Source: Lingula anatina
Taxonomy: Eukaryota; Animalia; Brachiopoda
Assembly (NCBI GenBank): GCA_051362555.1
Contig: CM120641.1
Location: 34,416,401-34,480,400, forward strand
Direction: 5' to 3'
DNA: 64,000 bases
The notes under the pieces are model-generated. The model had not been told where the DNA came from. It searched no databases and worked only from the letters and a program-made list of their open reading frames with translations. How positions within the stretch are numbered: the stretch's first letter is position 1; each line of letters begins with the position of its first letter. The position numbers and the translations under genes were made by a program. Shown here in pieces: positions 36,001-47,900 of the stretch.

Positions 36001-39000
36001 GAAGATCAGTTTTTTTCCATCTCACCACTGTAAATCTCTACTTCGCTTCTGCTTTATCGGAACACTTAATGGTTCTCCAAGGGCTACTATGGATATTGAA
36101 TTATTTCAGACATATGGTCCAGCGATTAGCATGGGCATTTAAATGCAATGAAGATAATTTGGAGTGAAAACAAAATATCTGTTCAGCTTGGAGAGTAAAC
36201 ATCGACTTTGTGTCTAGAAAATCTGGAATCATGTTCACGAATTGGTTGTGTGGGCACGAGAGTGAATAAATTAACACGTTTGGCTGTAGGTCGAGATTGA
36301 AGAGGAAAGGGGTCAACTGTCGTAAGCATTCAAAACAGTAAAGATGTGGAAATATCTGTAGTGGTTTATGTTTTTTTACAACTAAAATTGGGGTGGGGAG
36401 ATTATAGATAAAAACTCAAAACGCTTCATATGTTCATTATCTACTTCTTATGAAGTCTTATGAACCCCATTTTACTCGTGTAAATTATCGGAAGTTTCTT
36501 ATTTCAGAGTGGCTGTACGAAAATTGTTTTTTTTTTCTTTTATGTCGTTTGATAACACCTTTGCCACCATTTAACTGACTTACAGAGAAAATCAATCGAA
36601 CTTTCTGTCGAAAGTTACATAAAGCAAGTGCAATTTAGTAACTGTTAAGGTTACCATTAAATATGATTAAGTTGATTTATCGAATAAAACTACATTCATT
36701 ATATAGGGAATCATTTGGATTAATAACTGGATATCTTAAATGTCGTAATGCTACAATATTTAATGGTAATTTTGGCATAAATGCCACACGTTGCTGCTTT
36801 CAAAAATAAGGAAGAAAAGCACTCAAATTTGTCTAAATGATCCATCTACTGACTTCACATTGTGAATTATATTTTATTTGAAAATGCCTAGAAAGCGTAA
36901 CGTGGGGTTGTCTTATCATCGTATATAAACACCTGTTTAAGGGTTTCGTTGTCTATAGTTATATCTTCATTATCCTGGCATGCTTAGCTTTTCTATCTCT
37001 CATTTCACCTAAAGGGCTCTAACCTAAATATCTGTGAAAAAAATAAATCGATCCATGAAGAAAAAAATCAGTTCAGAGGTTAACTATCTCCGATCCCTGA
37101 TGAAATTGTCCAGGAACATGTATTTTTCGGTACATATTTAATACTTAGTCAACACACTACAGGTGTATGTGATGTGGATGTACTGGACCATTTGGTCCTT
37201 TTTTATCGTCTTGGATCAATCTGAACATGGAATTGGTACACATTTTGGTATGAACATTGTGTTTTTAAAGTGGGTGAAAGTTGACCTTGGATGTTTTCTT
37301 TGTTTCTCTCCGGTGCTTATGAATACAGACAACAGTTGACGACACTCGGCATTGATTCTGTCAGCAAGTGGCCGTTGAAAATTTCCGTTTCTGAGAGAAG
37401 CCTACAGAATGAGCATTTTACATTCTTCTTTAACTTTCAGTACTATTTTTATTCTACCAGGCAGGATTTTAATAAACAAATTCCTGTTATCCATAATTTA
37501 TTTAAGTACAGGTAATTCCCCTTGCTTTTTTTAATTTTTTTTCGTTGGAATAAACCGTACCAATGCTCCCTGGCTTTTTCCATTCCCCACTGGACCACTC
37601 GCCGGGGACCAGCTTTATCAGTGATGTAAATATGGAAATACCGTCTGCCTCACACTGCCTATGAAACTGATGTTTTAACATCTTAATGGCAATTAAATAC
37701 AAGAAATGTTTGAACAAGGCAAATGAAAAGAGTACTGAGACACCTGGGTTTGAATTAGTGGGTCCCTCGTTAAATATGTTCGAGAGAGATAAAACCAACT
37801 TCGTGGATATATGTTTGTGTGTACCTCTCGGGTAAAGGATCGCAGGAGATGGCTGGAGGTCGTTAAACGCCAGATAAAATGTGAATGTGAATGCTTTCCT
37901 CTGGCCGCATTGATTTGTACAGTTGATTAGAGGGTCGAGTTCAGAATCATTCCTTTTCATGCCTGTACTGGTTCAGAAGTAATTTTGTCGATGCGTTTCA
38001 CTAGAAATGTCCAGGTGATCAGTTATGCTACCTTTCACATGCATTTGTAGGTCTAGAGATCGGAACACGAAAAATAACATGGATATTCTTGTTAACGCTG
38101 TGGAGCGACTGAAGTCTCCAACTGTTTTGTGTTCAAATGGTCAGCGTTATGTTAACGTGGATCACCGGGTAGATTGATTTAAAGCAACAATAGTGCATAA
38201 GGTGAGCCTGTGTATGTACATTTATAATAAGTTTTTTTTATAACACATGTGTTGAGCATTAGCATTGATGGTTTTATTATATTTACAGGTTCTTTATAAA
38301 TTATACTGCAAAGCTTTCTAAACATTCACTACTTTTATGTACAATAGAGAGCAGAACTCCGTTTTTAGCTTACAGTTATCTTAGTGCGGTCTTTCAGTCT
38401 GGGAAGGCTTGTTAATTGCCAAGTCGCCTTATCAGATGCGTTTATCGTCTTCATGGAAAATAGAAGAGTTATCAATTAAGATGTCTAACCTGATTTCTCT
38501 TCGTAACACATTTTCACTGTGCAATTATACCCGTCTAGTATACTGATTTTTTTATGAATTTTATGATCACAAGAGCAGCAAGAACTAAACAACTTGCTAC
38601 ACAAATTAAGATTATATACAGTATTATATATTTGATGCATTTCTACATTCAACTCTATCCTGTCTATCAACGAACTAAATAAAGAAAAAAAGTGCAGCAA
38701 AAATACATTCAGTCATAATTAACACCATCCTATTATACATTATGTTCTATATTTAAGTGAATAATCTAATAAAGGAGGCATCTAATGGCTTTAAGAAAAC
38801 AACACCAAACAGTGATGTTGGACTAGCCTTTTTCCAATAAGTGCGCGAAAAGCTGTTTCTGAGAACACGGGTGCCTATTCACCTGGTCAGTTCACCCAAG
38901 CTATCAACGGCAGAGAAAATAACTAAACTAATTTTTCTGGACGTATCATGCTCAGATTAGAATCCTGGCCTTAGCTTCCCTGGAGTATTCGCACAAATCT

Positions 39001-39120
39001 GTGTTGGCACTCTACTTTAAGTAACTACCTGAAGATAACAGACGCATTTTAGCCTAGATTGAATTTGTGTGCATTTGAACCATCAGGGCAAGAAGGATCG
39101 ATGCCCTGTGTGACAAGAAT

Positions 39121-39261
39121 GGTAGTCCGCTAGGAACCGTAGTCCGTTCCCCATTACTTTATACAGGTGACATTCGTCTAATTTTCTAACCCAATATTCC
39201 TACTTAACCTATATCTTGTACTAATAATATGGGGCCCGGGACTTCCATTCCTAGGGCTACC
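39121..39261. mobile_element. Degenerate MITE with ~25-bp imperfect terminal inverted repeats
   Basis: The left end ggtagtccgctaggaaccgtagtccg matches the reverse complement of the right end, ggtagccctaggaatggaagtcccg. Confidence 0.6.
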
Positions 39262-40525
39262 CTCCCTGTCACTCCGGAATTAAATCGCTATATACATCAA
39301 GCACCATACATAGAAATACCTCCCTGTTAATTGTTTCATGCCCATGTTTCCTTAACCCCCTGTACATAAACCTGTACCTTCACCAACCATGTGCCCATTT
39401 TGAACCACGAATAAGGTCTTCCTGTTTAATGGTTTCGCATTTAGCCCACTCTGATGTTGTTAATTTTGCCCATCAAGATTGTCCAATTAAGATTTTAAGA
39501 TTGGCTCGATGTTTACGTCAAAGCTTAAGACAAACAGGTTTGTTTTGAAATGCTTTGAAACAAACGAAGGGTGAAGATAAAGCAAAGAGTTCAAACAATC
39601 ACGGATGGGAGAGGTCTACTTTAGTTTTAAAAAAGCGTACGTACGTGGCAATGCATCTCCAACAATCTTTACAATTTTGGCATCGGAAAAAGACACCTTC
39701 AGTGACATTCTCTATCAGTCCCAGTGGGCAATAATGATTGATGCTAATTAAAACGCTGTGCATCGGTGGATCAAATTTTACAACACAACTGCCAGCGATG
39801 TCTCAAAGGCTTTTGACTAAAATTCTTAGACAGAGAGAGACAATTGTTTTGATTCATTTATTGGATTTAGCTGAAGCATATGTATATATTCATTTGAACT
39901 CATTTGCTTTCGCCATTTTGTCATTTTAATAAATTGGCGTTGGTTTTAGAAGTGTGATACTAATGGAATGAAAGATGAGTTTTTTGTGGCAAAGTGACAT
40001 AGTAAAAGTACACCGAATACCAATGGGAATCGGAGTTTATGGTATTGGATAAAAAATATTCCTTGAGAAAGAGTGATTGGGGATAAACATTGACCTGCTA
40101 TTACGCATTGGACGCAATCCATAAAAAATTCTGATTAGAAGAAAAACGACATAATTTGCTTTTAAAAGTGTTCGGGCCATTGCCCTTGTCTTTCGAACGT
40201 CTCCGTGCACCGATTTTATTATTCATTGAACGTCTGACAACAGATTTAAAGTGATCAACCGTGTGGATTCCACAGTTACAATCAGTGGTTGGTAATAACT
40301 CTACATCTGAGGGCACTGACCTGGCTTTGTTGGGTAATTGTGCTTTTTCATGATGTGTGTATTCATCCGCATTTAGTTTAAGTCAACCGGGTATCAACCT
40401 GATCTGACCACATTATTGGTTCACTGGATATTTTGGTCTTCATCTATTTTGTAACAATTTAAACGACCTAAAGGTATTCCCAATTTCCATATTTTGTGAA
40501 GTATTACGCCCAGCCCACGAGTACA

Positions 40526-40950
40526 CATGGTACCGACTACTTTCAAGTTCCAGGCATTTGCATGGTACCCATTACTTTTAAGATACACGAAAAGATGTCA
40601 AAACAAGGTGCCAACTGCTTTTGGGTTTATGAAAAGATGTATTACTATTAGTATGGGACCAACTTAATTTAGGCTTATGAAAAAATGTAATAGTATGGTG
40701 TCCACTACTTTTAGATGTATGTAAAATGTAATAGCCTGGTGCCAACTTGACTGCTTTTTAATCTTATGAAAAGATGTATTATCATATACCAACTCCTTTT
40801 AAGGTATATGAAAAGAATTAACAGCATGGTGCTAAATACCTTGAGGTATATGAAAAAAAATGTAATATCATAAAATCAACTACTTTTACGTATAAGAAAA
40901 GATGAATTAATATGGTGTCAACTGCTTTTAGGTGTATGAAAATATTTAAG
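40526..40950. repeat. Degenerate ~42-bp minisatellite, about 10 copies
   Basis: Approximate consensus ATGGTGCCAACTACTTTTAGGTGTATGAAAAGATGTAATAGC, in head-to-tail units without unique spacers. Confidence 0.85.
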
Positions 40951-43900
40951 AGCACATTTTCACAGTTATCTGACTTCAGGCATTCCATTTTTACTATGTT
41001 TTCTAAAATATTTAGTTTGAACTTACCATTAAACTGCCAATTTAAGCTGGGTAACGTGAAAAATACTATACATGTTCAGTGAATGCGTTTAATAAAATAA
41101 ACACACATGTATATGTGATGACCAGGTCGTGGAAGTCACTTGTTAAGTGGATTGTAAGCGGGCGGCACTTTTAAAATATAGAGAAAAAATTAATTTGTTG
41201 AAATGTACAAGATAGCTGTGCTTACGGGGCGGGGTCGTTTTAGGGCTGCAGCTCTTTTCGACTGATCACATTGCACCAGCTGATGGCGTACTTGCGAGTT
41301 ATGTTCATAACAATTTGAAAACGTGAACACTTTAAGTTCGCCGATTGCTCACTGACTGCTGTCGTAGCCTGTGTTGTCTACACTGCAGTTTGTATGCGTG
41401 TATCTGCAGCAATTATAATAATGCTTTAACGTCTTACACAATGGAAACGTACATGAAAATTGGTAGAAAACGTGTAACTTCAGTCGAAGAACTGGTAGAA
41501 ATGCTATTGGCTCCACTTGTACACGGATGAAGACTCTACCGGTATACAGTCACAGATTTTTATCACTTGCACTGAGCGAATGTACACGTAGTCCAAATCG
41601 TACAAAATAGCTGTGACAAAAGGAGCTCATGCATGATTAGGTCTTGGCACACGGCATCGCAGGGTGCGTGCAAGATGCAAGTGTTTCTTGCAGTTTCCAG
41701 GCGACAGATAAACCTGTCAGTCACGAACAAACCTTTGACAAACAAAATCTTTCTTGTGAAAACGGCGAATACCGGTTACATGTAACCCCAGTATGCTGAT
41801 GTAATGGGGGCACGTTGAATAGATAACAACTTCATTTTACTGTATAAACGAGGCAGGTCAGGTTGTTTAAACATGTATGTGTAAACTAGTCACTAACGCC
41901 TATTATTTTGATAAGTTGGGTCATGCATATAAAACACCTGCATTAATTTTTCAATAAAATATTTGAATTAGTTCATCTTATATGTTTGATCAATGACAAA
42001 ACTATTTCCTGATTAGTTTGTCGGTACATTGGGGCTTTCTTGTCCTAAACAAAAATGAACTGAAATTGCCCTTAAACCAAAGGTAACAATATTTCAGTGT
42101 TGCATGCTCGTTTTAATACCATGATGAATAATTTAGTCAATGTGGTCTCCTCCAATCCACTCTATGTTAACATGTTATAAGCCAATGTTACGTCAGAGCA
42201 ATTCGGTGCGACTCCGTAACCTCACTTTGTATGAGAAGTGCGTATTGATTATCAAAAACCAAATACATCTGTTGTTGATGAAGTGGTTCTTGAATTAAGT
42301 GAACTGCTATACAACAGTATTTGCCGCGAATCATTATTACTTAATTATGCATCAAGTGGCTTTGGAACGATGGATAATTTGGCTGCAAGAAACCATATGA
42401 GTGACGTATAAGCACAAAACTATGTACAGGCAATGACAGAGTAGATCTCATTCAACTCCCACCCGCTTACTGCAATGTTTTATAGATGGGACAAACTTTC
42501 ACTGTCAAACTTAAGATGACAACATTTGCTCTACTCTACATCGTGGCGTCATGATTGACATAAAAAGCGAACGATGGCGTGTCCTGATTATGATTACTTA
42601 TGGTGCACTGTACTATTTGTGGTGTTTTGTACTTTTAATTACATGGAAAATGTATCTTTGTCTTTAGTGCTTTTTCTATTTAGGATCAGAACGGGGCTCC
42701 AATGGAGGTTAAACAAGTTTGTCTCCCCTCCTACACCCAAAAGATATTTTTGGTTCTTGTCATGATTTTGTGGTCAGGGACATGTGTTTGGAATTGATAA
42801 AAGCATGTTAGGCCCCCGTCGTCTAGAAAACTAAGCAAATAATACCACTGCAATTACTGTAATGAAACAATTTAGCTAATGGTGACTGTATGATACGAAT
42901 TATAGATATTTATGAAAGATGTTAATTTTTTTCTTATAGTACGTGTGGTAGGTGGATTCAACTAGCTTAGTGTCTTGCTGTTTTTTTAACCAGCAACTAA
43001 TTTATAAGAAGGGGATCTGTAACCTCTTTGAAGGGTTTAATAGATGACAGTACTCACTAAATGAAACAAAAACAAATTTACCAAGTTTAGCACGACCGCA
43101 TTCGAATTTTCAACTGACAACTAAACTGCATCAATATTCTTACCATTGTGTGCAGCTGAACATTACCTAGACTAGCAGGAATTCACGACAGTGAAAAGTC
43201 ACCTCAGGGTAAATAAACGGACATTAAGTCTATCAAACACAATGTTTGATCTCTCTAAGCCAGAATAGCGTTCTGCATTTTAAGAATGGGTGTGTTTAAT
43301 TACCGGTCATCTCATTGTAACGAAGGAAATTATGTTTAGGATCAATGTGCAGGAATATAAACATAAAAAAGGACTAAAAGGTAAGGGCCTAATGAAGTAT
43401 GTGAAGCTGTACTATATCGGGTATTTATCTACGGGGATCTGAGATATTGCACCTCTTTTGCGTGATATTCCACATCGTAAACGTGCTATTGTAGATGTCG
43501 ATTGGCTTAAAGGCTCCGGCGGGGTGAAATAGTCCAGAAAAAATATGAGAGCTGTATCTATCTTCTCAGTGGGACCTGGTTGTTGTGTGCAAAGATATAA
43601 ATATTGAGTAAGTACGGAGTTGAGTCAGTGGTTTTAATGGCGGAATAAGTTACTTCTCGGCAGGAAATATCCAGTTTAAAGGAATTTTGTTGCGTTTTCG
43701 GCAATGGTATCTTAGCCCTTGTCGTTTTCCGTCTGTTCAAAGCGTTGCATTCATTTCTTTTGAATATCAGACGTATTGGATTTCGAATTTTGATTTTTTT
43801 CCACAAGTAATCTAGTTTAGCCTATATGTTTTGGCGTAAGACATAATTTGCAATAATACTTATCAATTCAAAAATAACTCCCTGTATTATTTTTACTTTC

Positions 43901-44942
43901 AGGACAACATAACATATTTGAACTGCACAGGTCTGTGGTCATATTGCGTGAGAGTTATGATTTAGGCAAGAGGTAATGTTTGCCGTCACGTTATCTTAAT
44001 AAATATTTGGACGGGCGATCAAAAATATATGCGCTATACCAATAATATAATCACATACCAAAGTACAGAAACCTGTTCGGCATGTCAAATGCTAACTGAT
44101 GTGACAACAACATGCAAACAGGTAGATTTTTTTATGAAACTGGCCTGTGTCACTGTCTGTATATTCTCAAGCAGTGGTGTGGTGAGGGCTTTTTGAAAGG
44201 GATGGTTTATCTTTGAGATTACTATTTTCTAATGTATAAAAAAGAGACTGTTGACAGTCTTTTAAAAGGCACTGCTCTCTTCGCTTGCTGAATATACCAG
44301 TAAAAAAGCGACATTTACCATTTAGTTTGACGTCTTTTTGTTCTGGGGAATAAATACCTCAGTACACTACCAAGCGTATAGACCGCAGCCTTCGAAAATG
44401 AGTTTGGGACATACTGTTACTCAAACAGCATACAAAAGTGAATTATCTTTTAAGTGGTATTGTGGAATAAAGTAGTGCATTGTTGACTCTTTTTCTACTG
44501 AATAAACACAAATACTCTCACCTATTGTGCACGGGTCTTGTTTGAACTGGAGAGATGTTATAGTAGCCGCACTTTGTGGCCTCATTAAATTACCTTGTGG
44601 TTACTTTGGTTTTAATTAATTAGCGAACTACGTTACACTAGTAAAATTGGTGTTCAATAAATTAGACAGACCATACAGATAATATTCCCTTACGCCCTGT
44701 GTGTTTCTATTTGTTTTAGGTTGTTAAGCTTATATACAACTGACAGCATGCAGGAGGATTGAGAACAAGCTGTATCGATCGTTCGACCTATACTTCCTCT
44801 CAGTCGCCGTTCTAATCAGCAGCAAGTCGTCGAATCGAGAATTCCGGGTGTCCGCCGTCTCCAGGAGCGCTTAAATGCAGGGACAATCTTTTGGAAATTT
44901 TACTTCGCAAATGAAGATTGATTCCGGCTGGCGGACGCGGGC

Positions 44943-47900
44943 ATGTACAGTATGGAACCTGTCCCCGAGTTTTTTGCCCCTGTTTGGGTCAATCTCAGCG
45001 AAGAGACTTCGGTGTTAAGTTACTCCCATGACGACCCAACGGATGAGGTCACTCGCAGGAATTACAGCATCGTAAATGATATATTAACGTCGCATAGTCC
45101 CTGGGATGACTTGAAGGATAATTTCACACTCTTCGGTAACGTTTCCCTTGTTAGCGATGGATGCGCGAACAAGACGAACCCCCATTCAACTACAGAGACC
45201 GTATTGTTATCAATACTTGTTGTCATACTCTCAGTAGTTACAGCAGGGGGAAATTTATTGGTCCTCATATCATTCAAAATGGACAAAAATTTACAGACAG
45301 TAAACAACTACTTTTTACTGAGCCTTGCCGTCGCCGACTTTTTCATCGGTTTCTTTTCAATGCCTCTTTACTCCGCTTATCTTATCATGGGGCGCTGGTC
45401 GCTAGGTCCTGTCATTTGTGATTCGTGGTTGGCCATGGATTTTACCATGAGTAACGCCTCCGTAGCCAACCTGATCATCATCTGCTTCGACCGATATTTG
45501 TCCATCACCCGACCTTTGACGTACCGTGCTAAACGTACGCCACGTCGGGCCGCCATAATGATATCGTTAGCATGGGGCATATCTTTCATCCTATGGACGC
45601 CATTGATCATCTCATGGCCCTACATAGAAGGCAGACGGACAGTACCGGCCTGCGAGTGCTACATACAGTTCCTTCAAACTAATGAATGGCTTGCAGGAAT
45701 TCTTACCATCGAAGCATTTTATTTACCCGTGACGCTAATGTGCGTTCTTTATTTACGGATCTACGGAGAGACCCGGAAAAGACAAAAGGAATTAAAAAAT
45801 CTTCAAGCTGACAAGAAAATGGACAAGAACAAATCAAAATCTAGTTCTAGCGACGACGATCTGACGTCTACTAGTAATTTTACGAGGCAGAACCACCAGG
45901 TGAATAGTATATCCCGAGAAAACTTAGAAGACATGTCTGATAACGAGTCTGTCCAAGTGGAACAGATGACCGTACATCGCAGGACAGTCTGGCAAAAAGT
46001 TAAGACATGTTCTTGTTTAGCTATCGACAGGGACCCGGAACACGAGGATTCTAGTTCCAGCGACCCAAGAATGTCGACTGATGATAATCTTTCTGCCGTC
46101 TGCCACCACTCTTCCAACAGAAGGGTATCCCGACACAGCCACCTTAACGGCAAACCCGTGCAGCGCTGCGTCACCACCATGCCGCTAATTTCTATCAACC
46201 CTGCTACGCCATCAGAATCACGTGACGGCATGAGTCAGCACGCGGCGGGAACTTCAAACGCAGATGCGACAACTGCAGATTCAAATCACAACCAGGAAGA
46301 TAACTATCATTCTCCGGCCCATGATGACAAACAAAAAGATACGTTGTACACAATAGTCATTAAGCTTGGAAAAGAAGGAGATACCAGTTCCTGCTCTAGA
46401 ATTCAAATGATTCGAGGGGATAGCACAGAAAGTGAATACAACTACTCCGATATTGATGACGGCGGGACGAAAGAAACCACTCTGTGTGATTTAAATGATG
46501 AAGCGAACCCTGGTATACGCCGTTCTATAAGCTGCGGGCCATGGGTTCCTCGAGGACGTGCTCCGGGCACCCCAGCTTTGGGGCGGAAAGTACACTCAAA
46601 CGACGCCATTAGACAACAAATGCAACTTCGTCTTGTTAACAAAGTGGCCAATAAAATGAAAAATCAGAAAAGAATGAAAAAGAAGTTAGAGAAAAAACAG
46701 GACAGTAAAGCTGCCAAAACTCTTAGTGCAATTCTTTTAGCTTTTATAATAACCTGGACTCCTTACAGCCTCTTTGCTGTGATCAACCCTTTCTGTCAGA
46801 ACTGTATCCCAGGGACTTTATACAACATAGGTACGTATCGTATTCATAATATGCGGAACCTTGGTCCCATTCAGAATATATGATCCGAGTACTAACTGAC
46901 CCGCCGACCACACTTCAAAAGAGATGCCGCTGATTCCTGGTCTCCCCTCCTCCACACGCGCCATAAAACGGATTAAATATCGGCTCCGAGGTTTCATTGC
47001 TAGGCCCCTGCAGCGACGGTGCGTGTGGAGGCGGGGAGAATCAGCGGCATCTCTTTTGAAGTGTGATCGGCCATAGTTAGTCGGCGGATCAGTTAGTACT
47101 GGGATTATCTATTTTTAAGGCCCCATTCAGAATAGGGGACTAACAAGTCCGAGGGTCAAATATGGCGACCCACTTAAAAGCTAATGGACACTGAATAGGT
47201 ATCCCGTGGGTAAGTATTTAAGTGGGTCAACCATTTTTGACCCTCGGACTAGTTACTAAGTGGGTCGGCCATATTTGACCCGTAGACTAGTTTGTCCGCT
47301 GTTCTGAATGCAGCCTTAGAATCATTATGTCCCGCTTAGTCCACAGCGTAATATGTTTGGTGTTTGACTGAAATGCAGATTTGAGGGGGGGGAGGGGGTT
47401 AAAGTGAGCACATGCCAACCTTTAGTTTTTTTCTGCTTTCTCTCCCAGTTAAATCTTACTTCCCAACCCAATGCTTACTTTTGGTATTTGAGAACCAAGA
47501 GACCTCAAGTAAAAATCTGGAAAATGTTTTGACTGTCACGTGAACAAACTTCATATAGAAAGGCGTTCAATATTGGTAAAAATCAATATGATGATTATTC
47601 TGAACGCACAAATGCATATACATGAAGGTCTAGGACAACAACTAAAACTGAACACCAATTATGTTTAGGCTCTTCTTACTTTTTTTGCTTACAATCGCTG
47701 ATTCGTCATTTGTAATGTGCCGTTATCTGTAAGTGATTAGTGACTTCTTGGAAGAGTGTCCGCATTGATAACAGATATAATATACTGTAACCTCGGTTTC
47801 AAATAGCAGTTCTGCACTGGTGAAACCATGTTTAAAAAATAACATGCATTTTGTGTTCTAAAGTATTGAGTAGCTCCGCAATCGACAGAGAGAATACTAG

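Noticed and set aside
40526-40950. Regularly spaced repeats resembling a CRISPR array
   Set aside because: The units are contiguous and degenerate with no unique spacers, there are no cas genes, and the context is eukaryotic.
11282-43806. Numerous 60-150 aa ORFs in the intergenic region (e.g. 23392-23706, 32363-32683, 37502-37960)
   Set aside because: They show no recognisable domains, many lack an ATG start, no consistent exon chain links them, and their composition is typical of random AT-rich DNA.
45062-46651. Antisense ORFs overlapping the receptor CDS
   Set aside because: These are shadow ORFs expected opposite a long coding exon, and they have no independent features.
46831-46883. C-terminus [16 protein letters not shown] of the 646-aa ORF taken as the true receptor end
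   Set aside because: It is intron read-through. TM7 and helix 8 are encoded by the exon at 50162-50337, which joins in phase.
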